Assembly: GCA_964016885.1 (NCBI GenBank)
Contig: OZ024741.1
Span: 180,296,001 to 180,360,000, forward strand
Length of the DNA: 64,000 nt
Direction: 5' to 3'
Source: Eledone cirrhosa
Lineage: Eukaryota
The position numbers and the translations under genes were made by a program. Below are positions 11,401 through 24,733 of this stretch, one piece after another (position 1 is the first letter of the stretch; every line of letters begins with the position of its first letter). The notes below the pieces were generated by a model, which worked only from the letters and a program-made list of their open reading frames with translations, did no database searches and had not been told where the DNA came from.

Positions 11401-14400
11401 GGCTTGACAACAACAACAACTAGAACATATTTCATTTACACAAAGGGGTGAGAAGCAATTTCAATAACCAGTATGGACAAATCTTGCTTGTAATGCTCCA
11501 TCTGGATGTGTATATAAAAACACATGTGCATATTCAGTTAGCCATATATATATAATAAATATAATAAAAGACTGGGGATTTTCAAAAAGCCGGTACAACA
11601 TGGTAGAAAAATACAAAGGACAAATGATGACAAATTATACAGAACAAAATAATGTTTAACCCAGTGTATTTCAACATGATATTTCAGGACTACTACCCTC
11701 TTTTCAAATGAGGGACTGCCAGCTTAGAAAAAATACATTGACCGTTCATCTTGTTTTGAACTGTTTCAACCACACATTTGAAAAGAGGATATAGCTCTGA
11801 AATATGTTGAAATACTCTGGGTAAAACATTACTTTGTTCTGTTTTATTTGTCATCATTTACTCTTTTTATTTTTCTACCATGTTGTGCCGGCTTTTTGAA
11901 ATTTATCAGTCATTTAATATATATATATATATATATGTATGTATGGCTGACTAAATACATATGTGTGTTTCTTTTTCAATAAATTCTTTTCCGTTCCTTC
12001 CTTTTTTTAAATCATCTTTTATTTCTCATTCTATCTTCTGATGAAGGACTAGTGTCCAAAACGTTAACACTCTTTTCTTATTATTTCAAGTGTTAAAGTA
12101 ATATATTTCTGATTTACATGATTAACGTGCCCTGTACACACTAGAAAGTGGTTGGTATTAGGAAGGACAGCTAGCTATAGAAAGCTTACAGGATACACAC
12201 ACAGAAACACACATGTGATATTTATAACTTACAATCCTGTTGTTGAAGTGTTACATATATGTAATTTTATTGTAATTTTAAGGTAAATGCACTGTGTCAT
12301 TTGCTTTGTTATTTCTGTTTTCTTTTTACACACACGCACACAAATATGTGTGTGTATATACTGTGTAAGGAATATATATAGATAGATACATATATATATA
12401 GAGATAGATACATACATACATATAGATACACATACATTCACATAGACACACACACACATATATATACACATACATACATATATCTATACATATACACACA
12501 CATACACTCATATATACGTATATACATACATATATATATATATAGATACATACATACATACATATAAATACACATACACACAGACACACACACACATACA
12601 TACATCTATACAAACATATACACACACATACACTCATATATATATGTATATAAATACATATAATATTTAACAAGACCAGCTCCTCCAATCAGTTATAAAA
12701 AATAAATTTAAAAATAAAGGTAGTGTTGGGGTTATTTTCTAAGTAGTTTCTAAGCCAAAAAAAAAGCCAGCTTTGTCAGCTGGTGCTCACAGTATTACAT
12801 AGAAGAGCCCAGACTTCTGTAGCTGCTATCACTGTGGGAATGGGAGGCAGGAGATGAAAAATGATGAAAATAATAGTAACAACAATGATGCTGAAGGAGG
12901 AGGGGGTAGATGGTGATGGTTGTGGTGATGGTGGTGGTCGGGCCTGATGTTACTGATGACAAAGGATATTTAAATTAACAAAGAAAAGCTTACATCATCT
13001 ATGGTCTCTTGTGGGAAAAGGATTTTCTGCAAGGAGGCAAAAAAAAAAAAAAAAAAAATTAAAAATCAATATGTAATTCAGAAGAGAGAATTTTGGAATG
13101 CAAGAAAGAAAAAATGTTTTTATTTTATTCCAGTTTAGTAAGTAGTAAAATATATTTAGAACAAGAAAATATCTAATCCTTTTCATTTTTTTTTTAAGAA
13201 TTTCATATGAACAATGACTATATTTTTTCAAGTGCATCTTACTTGAAAGAAACCTCTTTGCAAAGCAACCACTGCTACTACCAACACTACCACCAGCCAA
13301 TAAGAAGGCTGTCATTCATGTCAGTAATATTGCTAGAAATAGTAGCTAAATCTATCTAAAATCACTCCCAACCATCCTTTTAAAACAAAAGGAATACAGT
13401 AAGTTGTTTAGTCCTAGATACACTATAACTAAAAAATAAAAAAATAATAACATAGGATAGTCACTGCTACCACCAACCTATGAAAAGATTATCATTCAAG
13501 TTAATAGCATTGCTAGAAATAGTAGCCAAATTTCTCTGAAATCACTCCCAACCATCCTTTTAAAATAAAAGGAACACAGTAAGGGTGCAGTCTCTGAAAA
13601 GAAGAAACACATTAGCTAATGTATTCCTAGTTATGCAATGCCCAAGAAAAGGATGAGCTGATCATGGCTAAAACATCTTAGATCAGAGATTTCCAAACCT
13701 TTTACATTCGCGACACTATAAAAACTCAATCTTTCGTGACACATTAATTAAGTTTTGTTAATGATATGAAATTAACAAAATTAATAAATTAAATATATTG
13801 TGTCTAATGTTGTAATTGTTAATTGGTAGGTGGGATTTTATTTTATTTAATGAAGTTTTATTTCAATTAAATTACATAATGTTTATAACAAAAAAATTAA
13901 ATAATGAAACGGGAAGGAGGGACAAACTCTACACTTGTGTATAGGTAGTATAGCTCAGCTGAGCCTCACAGACAAGATGGCGAAAGCATTGCTGCAGAAA
14001 GCAGTCAGTGACACCATAGGAGGGGGGGGGGGGCTCCTTCCTCAAGCAGGAAACACCCCTCCCAATTTTATGGAGGAAATCAGCAGTTCAGGGACCAAGG
14101 ACACCAGAAGCATGATGGCAACTGGCATGAAAAGAAAGCAATCACTCAAGTTCTGATATTTGGATATCTTCTGCTCCTCTGTGATACAGGCAAGCAATGC
14201 TCAGATTTGTGGCCAAAGTGACTAGGTTGGAAGCAGAGAATGTGTTGCAGCATGTGATGTCCAAAATTAGAAATTTACACCCCTTAACCCTTTATCATTT
14301 ACATTACTCTATATAAGGGTGGATTGGCAGTATCGGTGGAGGGTCGGACGCCATGCTTTCCAGCATAGCTACGTCCCTTTACGATCTGAGTTCAAATCCC

Positions 14401-17400
14401 GCCGAGGTTGACTTTGCCTTTCATCCTTACGGGGTCGATCAAATAAAGTACCAGTAATGCACTGGGTAATTGCTGGCCTTGTGCCTAAAGTAGAAACAAT
14501 TACTCTATATATACTATTATATTTTCATGGTAAAGGTTTTACCTCACATAATATCAAATCTACAAGATTTTGATATTATTTATTTTGAGAACAATACCTT
14601 AACATCAGTATGAGTGGCCAGTTGCAGCTGGTTTGAACAGAAAGAGGTGATAGAATTCTGGCCGGATATGCCGATTTAAATGCTAAAGGGTTAAATGGGA
14701 AAAGGGATTTCATATCTGGTGCTTGACATCGCCAGTCAAGGCTGGCAGGCTCCAGTTGTGATGGAAAACCAGTCGTCACATCAAGACTCTTTCTAATGTA
14801 CCTAATTGTACACAGTGTTGTTCAGATCTCAAATATATACCTTCGAATTCACAACCAAATATTTGTAAAAATTGATTAGATTTGACCTGTGTGACACAGC
14901 TAGAGATTATCAGTGACACCTAGAAATTATTGGTGTCACAGCTACAGATTATTGGTGACACAACAAAAGATTATTGGTGACACAGTAAAGTATCACAATA
15001 CAGTTTGGAAAGCTGTCATTTAGATCATAAGATCATTGAGTTAGACCTGAGTTGGGGCTAAACAAAGCCAACATCCTAGCATGTTGAAATCCTCTCACTT
15101 CTAAGTGAGCCTTTTTTTATACCAAATCATCTGAAATCTTCAATGATTCTATAATATAAAACTGTTTGTTTTAAAGTATTTATATTTATCTAAAATCCTT
15201 TGTAAAGTGGTTGTGTAGGTGTTGTGACAAAAAGCACCCAGCCAACACTGTAAAGTGGTTGTTTTGGTGCTACGATAAAAAAGCACTCAGTACAGACTGT
15301 AAATGTGGTTAGCATTAGAAAGGGCATCCAGCCATAGAAACCAAGCCAAAATCAGATCTGTATGAGCAAGACATGGTCATCTGATCTAGCTTATCTTAAA
15401 ACAGGACAACTGTGGAAAAATGGACGTTAAACAGTGATGATGATTATAAACACAAATTTAATAAAGTTTATTAAATCCCTCCAAATTCTTGATTATTTTC
15501 AAAATGATTTGAAAATTATAGGCAGTGTTTTTCATTAGAAATATGGTAATGAAGGGGTTAAACCCTTTCAGGTATTTGAAGGATGATAAACAATGATGAT
15601 CAAACAGAAAAAGGTTCTCCAGATAATTATAGTAAAACTGACTTACGCGTTTTGTCATCATCCAACTTTCAAAGAATGCAGGTTGGTTAAAGTAATAGAA
15701 AAGACTGACAGGAAAGCTCATATAGACTCCCATCTATAATAAGGAAAGTTCAATATCAACAACAGCCATTTACAGCATAAATTAGCTGTAGTTTAGAGAG
15801 GGTGTGATTAGATCATATATTAGAAAGTTCAAAACACTATATGAGGATATATATATTTCATTAGAGCCATGAAGCCAGAGCATTTAAAGAACAAAACTCT
15901 AGGCCCTTAAGTCAATGATGTAGTTTCATCATCATCATCATCGTTTTTACATTCTACACTGTTATTATGGGTTAGATGGGTTGTCACATTCTGTAGCTAG
16001 ACTGGTCAAGTGACAATGTCTGGCTCCTAAGTTCCTTATTTGGCATGGTTTCTGCAGCTTTATGCCCTTCCTAAATCAACTTACACTGTGGACCGAGTGC
16101 ACTTTATCGTGGGACCACACTATCACTTTATAGAGAGGACTGGGTATATTTTATTGTGGCACTAGCACTATTACTTTACAGAATTGGCTAGGTGTGTTTT
16201 ATTGTGGCACCAGCACAAACACTTTACAGAGTGGGCTGGGTGTGTTTTATCATGGAACCAACACATCTCTTTATTTATGTATTGAATTTTGTTTCTCAAA
16301 TTAAAATGTTACTGACATAGCACTTTTAAACAAATTTAGAGTATAATGTAAGGAAGAATTTGCTGCTATTTCTAGCACAACAAGTGACTATGAAGACGAT
16401 CGTTCAAAGGTTTATTGTGTTATTTCATATTAAAACTAAATATTGAAGCACTAGAAAAATATTTAATATACATATATTTATTTATTTATTATTATTACAG
16501 ATTAAAAATTTAAGCAAATAATTTCTGCTTTCACTCTAAAGCAGGATCTTCTGAAACTCAGAAATATCAATCTGTAGATGCAAATGTAAATATTTCAAAG
16601 ATATTACTACCAAATATAGTCTTTAAAAAATAGAAAGTCATAATGGTAAAGTGTGAAGATGTTAACTTGAGATATGGTGAAATGTATGCAAGGGGTATAA
16701 AATATCCAATCACATCATTAAGTGAAGCAAGAAGGAAAAATTCTTGATATGAAAAAACCAGGAGACTAACTTTTTTTTTTTAAGCAGCCGAATATTTTCC
16801 ACTTACCATATATAAAAAATATTATTAATGGAAGTAATATAATTAAACAAAGATTCTGAAGGTAGAAATAATACAGATAATAATAATGGTTTCTACTTTT
16901 GGCACAAGGCCAACAATTTGGGGGAAAGGGAAAGTCAATTAAATCGACCTCAATCCGTTACTGGTACTTTATTTTATTGACCCCGTAAGGATGAAAGGCA
17001 AAGTTAACCTCGGCGGAATTTGAACTCAGAATAGAAAGGACCGTAACTAAGCATGTCCAACGCAATTGGGTCAGGTGACCGTGTCTTGTTCATATAGAAC
17101 TGTTTCTGGCAAGATTACTACAGCTGGACACCCTTCCTAATGCCAACCACATTTACAATGAGCTGGGTGCTTTTTGTCGTGACTCCTACATGATCCCTTT
17201 ACAGTGTGGGATGGGTGCTTTTTGTTGTGACGCCTACACGACCACCCTACATTGTGAACTGGGTGCTTTACATTGTGACACCTACATGACCACTTTACAG
17301 TGTGATCTGGGTGCTTTTTGTTGTGACTCCTACATGACCACTGCTAATTTGGTTACCTAGGTAAGAGAAACTATCAACTACTTCTACAGAGGGTATTTGA

Positions 17401-20400
17401 AGGAGCTAGTATCCTGTGAGCTCTTGTTACTCCTATGCATCTACCACATGCAAAACCTACATTCTTTGCTAGCCTGCCTGAGATCCCACTACATCTCTTG
17501 TATATGCATAGTTTGCATTGGGACATGAGATGGAATGTCTACCTACTCCTTTCCTGCACACTGAGCAAAACCATTTCCCTGAGGGAATCTAGGCGCAGTT
17601 TTCCTTTCAACTTACTAAAACTTTAGTCTTTGCCAAGTTGACTTTAAGATCTTTTGATTCTAGGCTATGCTTCCAGGTTTGGAATTTCTTCTCTAATTCT
17701 GCCATAGATTCAGCTACGAGGGTTAGATAATCTGCATACAGAGGTTCCCATGGAAGCCAGTCTTAAACTATTCTGTTATAGCCTGCAAGATGATAATAAA
17801 CGAGAGAGGGCTAAGAACAGAGCCCTGATAGACTCCTGTTTGCATGTGAAAGTCATCACTATAATCATTGTTAATTCTAACCTTGCTGACTGTTCCTTTA
17901 TACATGGCTTGTATAGCTCTCACAAGCCACTCATCTACTTATAGTTTTCTAAGAGCCCACCAGATAATGGAACCGATGACTCTGCCAAAAGCTTTCTGAA
18001 GATCAACAAATGCTAAGTAGAGGGGTTTACTTTTAGCTAAGTACTTATCCTGCAGTTACCTCACAAGGAAAAGGGCATCAGTGGTACTTTTATCTGACAC
18101 AAATCCAAACTGCATCTCATCTAGGCTAACTTGATCACTAATCAGCTGTGCTATAACTCTTTCAGTGACCTTCATGACCTGGTCCATCAATTTGATGCCG
18201 CTATAGTTTTCTTTGTCTAGTGCATCTCCTTTGCCCTTGTAGCAAACCTGTAAAGTGAGTGTGTTGGTGGCATGACAAAAAGCACCCAGTCCACACTGAA
18301 ATGTGGTCATTTTGTTGTCAAGCACCCAGCCCATACTGTAAAGTAGTCATGTTGGTGTCATGACAAAAAGTGCCCAGCCCACACTGTAAAGTGGTTGTTT
18401 TGATGCCAAGATAAAATGCACCAAGCCCACACTGTAAATGTGGTTGGCATTAGGAAGGGCATCCAGCAGTAGAAACCAAGCCAGAAACAGTACTGTGTGA
18501 GCAAGACACGGTCATCTGATCTGACTTGTCTCACAACTGGACAACTTGTCTCACCCATGTTAGCATGGAAAAATGGATGTTAAACGGTGATGATGATTAT
18601 ATATATATATATATATAATAAAAATTTGTTCTACTTTAGTACCCAGTGCATTACTGGTACTTTATTTTATCGACGCCGTAAGGATGAAAGGCAAAGTCAA
18701 CCTCGAAGGGATTTGAACTCAGATCATAAAGGGACGTAACTATGCTGGAAAGCATGACGTTCGACCCTCTACCGATACTGCCCTTTATATATAATAATAA
18801 TGATTTCTGATTTAGGCACGAGGCCAACAATTTTTGGGGAGGGGAAAATTGATTAAATCAACCCCAGTGCATTACTGGTACTTTATTTTATCGACTCCGT
18901 AAAGATGAAAGGCAAAGTTAACCTTAGTGAGATTTGAACTCAGAACATAAAGGGCCATTATTAAATGCTGCAAAGCATTTTGTCTAACACTCTACTAATA
19001 CTGCCAATCCACCACCCATAATGATAATAATATATAATGATAATAATGAGGAGCAGCTCAAGGTAGAATGTGCTTGACTCTGGAATTTGTGGATTTTGTA
19101 ATGAATGTAGATATCTGTGGTCAACATTATATATACTTCAGACATTGCCAGTTTGTATTCAGTTTGGGCATTGTATGGATTTGATTGGTATGTGTAGCAG
19201 TAATAGAAAGAGAGAAAAAGAAAGAAAAGAGGAAAGAAGAATGATATATATTGTTGATGTTTTCGTTGATAGAATAATAATTTCTTTCAAGATGCAGTGT
19301 ACGCCATGGGGGTTCACTGACTGGTTTCAGTGTGGCTATCTAAGAGATGACTTTCGGTGCCTGAAATTGGGTCAGTAGTTTGTCTGACATCAGACAGTGA
19401 TTTAGGGTGGGTATAACCTTTGTTATTAAATGTCAATTACGAATCAATCAAGATTCCACAGCACGTGCATATACCTATATAGATATACATATGTGTGTAG
19501 CCTGATTTATGCACATATACACTCACATGTATATATACACATAAAAACACACCTAGACGTATATACATACACACACCTAGATATATGTATACACACATGT
19601 ATATATGGACCCATAACTCCTGGTGGAGTCGTAGGGACACTGTATTGACATACAGCATTTCTAGGGCAATTTTAAACGTGGCAGAGCCCATGATCAGAAC
19701 ACAGTAGATTTCTTCTAGAGAAGGATAGAGAGGAGGTACTTTTTTATTGACCTTGAATACATGAAAGGCAAAGTTGATCTCAGCAGGATTTGAACTGAGA
19801 GCAGAGAGCCAAAACAAATACTGCAAAGCATTCTATCCAATGTTCTAATGACTTTGCCAATTCGCTGCCTATACATATATATACGTACACACATATGTAT
19901 ATATATTCTTTCCTATATGTATTTTTTAATATAACAATATATAAGAAAAAATAGGGTTCCTGGATGATATATATATTGCATTGGTATGGATATGTAATAC
20001 ATGTGGCAGATGACAGGTGTATAAAGAAATGCAGAGAAATTTCAGTGGCTGAGATCTGTGGAAGAGGCAGACCCAGGAAATCATGGGGTGAGTTAGTGAA
20101 GACCAACCTTAAGTTGACTCTCATAACAAAATGTCAAAGGACCACAAGAATTGGCAACATGGAGTACTGGAGATGAGCTGCATACCAGCACAAAATAAGA
20201 CCTGATGCCCTTGGTGTAGAAACTATGGCAAAAAGGGTTGAGAGGAGCCTTCAGTTGTGTCAACAGCATGACAACCTCTCTAATGTTAGTGATCTACAGG
20301 ACACACACCCAGAATAGCCTGTAAAGTGGCCGGTGATAGGAAGGGCATCCAGCCATAAAAAGGCTGCCAAGCAAACATTTGGGAGGACCCTTCAATTATC

Positions 20401-22452
20401 TGAAAAACATGACAACCTCCCTTGTGTTGGTGATCTACATAATAAACACAAGTACACACTGTAAAGTGGTTGGTGATAAGTAGGACAACTAGCTATAGAA
20501 AACCTGCCAAACAAAGGGCTGGGAGGACCCTTTAGCTGTGTCAAAGGCATAATAACCTTCCTAGTGCTAGTGTCATGATAGAATGCGCTGAGTGGATCAT
20601 GGAACCATTTGTAAGCAAGATTCTTGTCTATCTGAAAGGTCAGTAGCCCCACTACAGTACTGATTCGGTCTGTGATGACCTCCCTAACCCTTGCTAGCAA
20701 GGAAAACGGACATTAAATGATGATGATGATGATGAATATATATATATATATATATGCGTGTGTGTGTGTATCCCGGGTTCATTCGGGGGGTAAGCACAGT
20801 AAGTAAGGTACTCAATACATAGCAGGGTATAAATATTAAATATAGAAATGGTTTCTACAGGACTAGAACTGTTTCATTCGAAGGAAATCATCTGTGCTTT
20901 CCTGATGATTTCCTTCAAATGAAACAGTTCTAGTCCTGTAGAAGCAATTTCTATATTAAATATATATATATAACAATATTAACATCACTTAATGCATGAT
21001 CAATGGTACCCTAACCAAATGAAATATTGATATAGAGTAACTATAATAGCTCTTTAACGGAAAGAGAGCTCTCTTACCACTTGTTGAATAAAATGCCATA
21101 CATACATACATACACACATATATATGTCCGCTGTAAAGTGGTTGGTGATAGGAAGGGCATCCAACCATAGAAAGATCTCCAAAAAAAAGAGTTGGGAGGA
21201 CCTTTTAGCCTTGTCAAGGGCATAACGTCCTCCCTAGTGTTAGTGATGTACTTGATATATGCAACTAGTACACGCTGTAGTGTGGTTGGTGATGGGAAGG
21301 GCATCCAGCCATAGAAAATTCACCAAACAAAGGGTTGGGAGGACCCTTCAGTCGTGTTAGGAGGGAAAGAGGGAGAGCGGACGTTAAACAGTTAGGATGA
21401 TGATGTAGTGTATATGTAGTAGTGCATATTTACAAATTAAATACGTTTCGGTTTTTGTTTTAATTTTCTCTCCCTTTGCTTACGGTATGTAAAATTAATT
21501 ACGTAGCTTTTCTCGCATTTTACCACGCATATGGTTTTTGAGAAACTTGTTTTCGTAAGTACTTCATAAAATAGTGAGAAGAGCTGGGTTTTGCAAAACG
21601 AAAGAAATAGCAGGTGACTTATTTTAAGAAATGAAGGTCAATCAACTAAAACCATTTCAAGAACTTAATGATAATTCACAAATCCTTTTGAGTACCCAGG
21701 GCCGTAATAAGCTATGGCAGGTCCTCCAGGTGTTCGTGTATTTGGAGGGCCCCCATCTGGCACTTAAATCTTTAATTCCACAACAGTAAAAAATAAAAAT
21801 AAAAAATAAATAAATAAAACATGACGGGGTTCCCCAGGTTTCAGCTTAATTAGCGTTATGAATAATACGGCCATGTGAGTAACCTTAATGAAAGAATGAA
21901 CTAGTTCCTTTGATCATACAAATTAAGTAATGGTTCATACAGACTGTGTATGAGGGTCTGGAAGAAGAGACTTGCCAAAATTTACGGAGTTAGGGTTAAT
22001 AAATATTTGATAACTATTCAAGCTCATAAATCAATCATATACCAGCCCAACTAAATATATCTCGGAGCTCAAATAACAGAAGGGGACAACAAATAATAAG
22101 AAACCCCCATCAATCAGGCTGAAAATACGTGACTGAAAATAAAATTTCCGATGACTCTTATGGTGTGTGACCGATTTACGCACTTAGTGTTGAATTGGTG
22201 GGGGTTTTTTTCTTTATTTTTTCTATTACATATGGAGGTTTTTCTTTCGTTTTGATTATATATTTTCGTGTATTATATTTATAATATAATACACATAATA
22301 ATCAATGGATTACAAATACATTATAAAAATAAAGTAAAATAACTAATAATAATGCAAAAGATAAAATTAAAAAAGCCATATCTCTGTCAGTTCATTGCTG
22401 CAAAGTACATATTATAAATTACCTTAAATATTTCTAATTTCCAGTTACCCAT
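8242..22452 (-). CDS. PET100: PET100 cytochrome c oxidase assembly factor, join(complement 22452..22423, 15733..15647, 13026..12994, 8325..8242), 77 aa
   Basis: All introns are GT-AG and phase 0. The spliced product MGNWKLEIFKMGVYMSFPVSLFYYFNQPAFFESWMMTKRKILFPQETIDDRQSFEKLKRVVEEKRIAEWEKMAKQNS matches the PET100 pattern (KLE.F.M..Y..FPV..F...NQ...FE). Confidence 0.92.
8546..8581 (-). ncRNA. Minimal hammerhead motif (PLE terminal repeat fragment)
   Basis: Minus strand tctt-CTGATGA-agaactagcgtct-GAA-ACGT-T-aaga. A sister copy at about 12034-12070 (+) has GAAA mutated to AAAA. Confidence 0.55.
8626..9525. repeat. Head-to-tail duplication of a unit of about 450 bp, plus the start of a third copy
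   Basis: tagtcatg..gcttttttgaaa.ta recurs at about 8626, 9084 and 9500, and the internal sequence of the first two copies is collinear. Confidence 0.85.
12994..13026 (-). CDS. PET100: PET100 exon 3 (KILFPQETIDD), 33-nt exon
   Basis: Long polypyrimidine tract then ccttgcAG acceptor; GTAAG donor; phase 0. Confidence 0.85.
13684..15017. mobile_element. Degenerate hAT (Charlie-like) non-autonomous element with nested SINE insertions
   Basis: Ends CAGAGATTTCCAAAC and GTTTGGAAAGCTGTC, imperfect 8-bp TSD tcttagat/atttagat and subterminal GTGACAC repeats. It interrupts an older repeat that resumes at 15018. Confidence 0.5.
14317..14500 (+). mobile_element. tRNA-derived SINE
   Basis: Near-identical to 4888-5080 and 38807-38998. 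Confidence 0.8.
15647..15733 (-). CDS. PET100: PET100 exon 2 (MGVYMSFPVSLFYYFNQPAFFESWMMTKR)
   Basis: Acceptor ttatAG and donor GTAAGT; encodes the PET100 transmembrane core. Confidence 0.92.
16506..16559 (-). ncRNA. Hammerhead-like motif with CAGAAGA (U4A) core
   Basis: Minus strand gagttt-CAGAAGA-tcctgctttagagt-GAA-AGCAGAaattaTTTGCT-T-aaattt; a relative lies at 26521. Confidence 0.35.
17060..18597 (-). mobile_element. Older degraded RTE LINE fragment (minus), followed by an RTE 3' UTR/tail in the opposite orientation (18246-18597)
   Basis: ORF remnant [50 protein letters not shown] is homologous to the 42-44 kb RTE. Confidence 0.85.
18625..19015 (-). mobile_element. Two adjacent tRNA-derived SINE copies
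   Basis: Reverse-complement SINE core occurs twice, at 18625-18783 and 18803-19015. Confidence 0.75.
21697..21875. mobile_element. hAT-type MITE (179 bp)
   Basis: TIRs CAGGGCCGTAAT and AATACGGCCATG; 8-bp TSD tgagtacc/tgagtaac. Confidence 0.65.
22423..22452 (-). CDS. PET100: PET100 exon 1 (MGNWKLEIFK)
   Basis: ATG at 22452 and GTAATT donor at 22422; the KLEIF motif is typical of the PET100 N-terminus. Confidence 0.88.
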
Positions 22453-22788
22453 TATGTAACCGAAGAAATTAATTGGGGGAAAGTTTCCTCAATACGAAAA
22501 CATCAGACATTGTATTTTTGTAAATCAACTGTTCTACTACTGCAGGAAGGTTAAACTGACGAGGGTCGCCACGCGAATCACAACATCAAAAGTAATATAA
22601 ATTTATAATTTTCTTTCAAACATATAGTTAAAATGTTATTTGAAAATATTTATTTGTTTTAGAAAAAATATCTTTGAATTTCGGTTTGCAAATTATCATT
22701 ATTTATTTAAAGAATCAGAATATATTTTTATTTTATTCCATAGATTTAAAAAGAAATATTTTTCAGTTTATATAACTATAACACTTTA

Positions 22789-22862
<74 letters not shown>

Positions 22863-23052
22863 CATATATATATGTATATATATATATATATATGTATATG
22901 CATATATATATATATATATATATGTATATGCATATGCATATATGTATATATATATATATATATATGTATGTATATGCATATATATATATGTATATGTATA
23001 TATATATATCTATGTATATATATATATATGTATATGCATATATTTATATGTA

Positions 23053-23085
<33 letters not shown>

Positions 23086-23331
23086 CGAAGGAAATGTGGT
23101 AAGGAACCAGGTGGACCATAACGCACCAAAGTACTCAATACTTAGTGTAGTAGAGTGGGTAATAGGAGTAAGTAAGACCCCGACGGCTGAGCTCAAGCCG
23201 TTTCGACGGCTAATTCAGTCCAGAATTAGCCGTCGAAACGGCTTGAGCTCAGCCGTCAGGGTCTCACTTGTTCCTATATATATATAAATATATATATATA
23301 TGTATATATGTATATATATATATAAATATAT

Positions 23332-23365
<34 letters not shown>

Positions 23366-23509
23366 AAATATATATGTATATATATATTTATATATATATT
23401 TCAAGGGCCACCAAAGCAAACTATGGTGCGCTTTCATCAGATAAAATATAATATAGGTTAGTTTTATAAATAAATATTGACATACCCTTAAAAAAACTAC
23501 CCTATATTA

Positions 23510-23575
23510 TATTTTATCTGATGAAAGCGCACCATAGTTTGCTTTGGTGGCCCTTGAAATATGTATAATGAAATA
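23510..23575 (+). ncRNA. Type-I hammerhead ribozyme motif (PLE family X)
   Basis: tattttat-CTGATGA-aagcgcacca(loop)tggtggccctt-GAA-ATATGTAT-A-atgaaata. An inverted partner at 23390-23448 (-) is truncated at stem III into (TA)n. Confidence 0.7.
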
Positions 23576-23823
23576 AATATGGTTTTATAAATATAGTTTC
23601 CATTTGTTAATATATTGTATATTTATATATAATATATTGTATCCAAACCCATGCAAGCGTGGAACACGGACGTTAAACGTTGATGATGATGATGATGATG
23701 ATTTACTCCAATAATTTGTTGAGTGCTTTATATCAGTTATAAAAATATTTGGCTTGTTGTATCCCAACAAATTAAATATAACCTCTACATATATGTATAT
23801 ATATATATATATATACATATATT

Positions 23824-23854
<31 letters not shown>

Positions 23855-23942
23855 GTGTATATATATATATGATATATATACATAATAATATAATAAAATA
23901 AAATAAAATTATATATATCTATATATATATATATAATCTAAT

Positions 23943-24257
23943 TTTACGTCCACTTTTCCCTGCTTGCAAGGGTGGGACGGGAACTGATTCTGGCTTGATT
24001 TCTACAGCTGGATGCCCTTCCTAACACCAACCTCATTTACAGTGAGTGCTGGGTGCTTTTTTGCCGTGACACCTCCACGACCACTTTGCAGTGGAATGAT
24101 AGGGACCCCAGTCCCTATCATCTCATTTCTAAAACTGTCAAGGCGCATGGCTTAGTGGCTAGAGCATTGGGCTTGCAATCGAAAGGTTGTGAGTTCGATT
24201 CCTGGACCAGGCGATGCGTTATGTCCTTGAGCAAGACACTTTATTTCACGTTGCTCC
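23943..24257 (-). mobile_element. SINE (6811 family) with inverted 5' head
   Basis: The 3' part is on the minus strand (23943-24131) and the tRNA head on the plus strand (24142-24257), with about 14 nt missing at the breakpoint. Confidence 0.75.
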
Positions 24258-24488
24258 TTCTACCTGGAGTTGCAACCGATAGATAGTATTAGCAATTGGA
24301 AAGACCAACGGAAACATTGTTCCCTCAGTCCGATTTGACGAAAGTCAATCGTTCCTATATATATATATATATATATGTATGTATATATATATATATACAT
24401 ATATATATGTATATATATGTATGTAAATATATATATATATATATATACGATATTAAATAAATGGAAACTATATTTATAAAACCATATT

Positions 24489-24554
24489 TATTTCATTATA
24501 TATATTTCAGGGATATCATATTAAAAATATGTTATGCCTTCCTCAGACAAAATA
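24489..24554 (-). ncRNA. Type-I hammerhead ribozyme motif (PLE family X, CTGAGGA core)
   Basis: Minus strand tattttgt-CTGAGGA-aggcataacatat..atatgatatccct-GAA-ATATATAT-A-atgaaata. Confidence 0.7.
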
Positions 24555-24667
24555 CAATATAAACAGTCTTATAAATAGATAGATTCGACATACCTTTCAA
24601 CATCGACTTCAATTTGAAAAGTTGAATTGGTAGTCGAATCTATCTATTTATAAGACTGTTTATATTG

Positions 24668-24733
24668 TATTCTATCTGACGAAGGCATGCCATATTTTTA
24701 ATATGATATCCCTGAAATATATATAATGAAATA
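24668..24733 (+). ncRNA. Type-I hammerhead ribozyme motif (PLE family X, CTGACGA core)
   Basis: tattctat-CTGACGA-aggcatgccatat..atatgatatccct-GAA-ATATATAT-A-atgaaata. Confidence 0.7.

Noticed and set aside
22555-22590. CTGACGA upstream of the PET100 ATG
   Set aside because: No GAAA or paired stems follow; it is a chance match.
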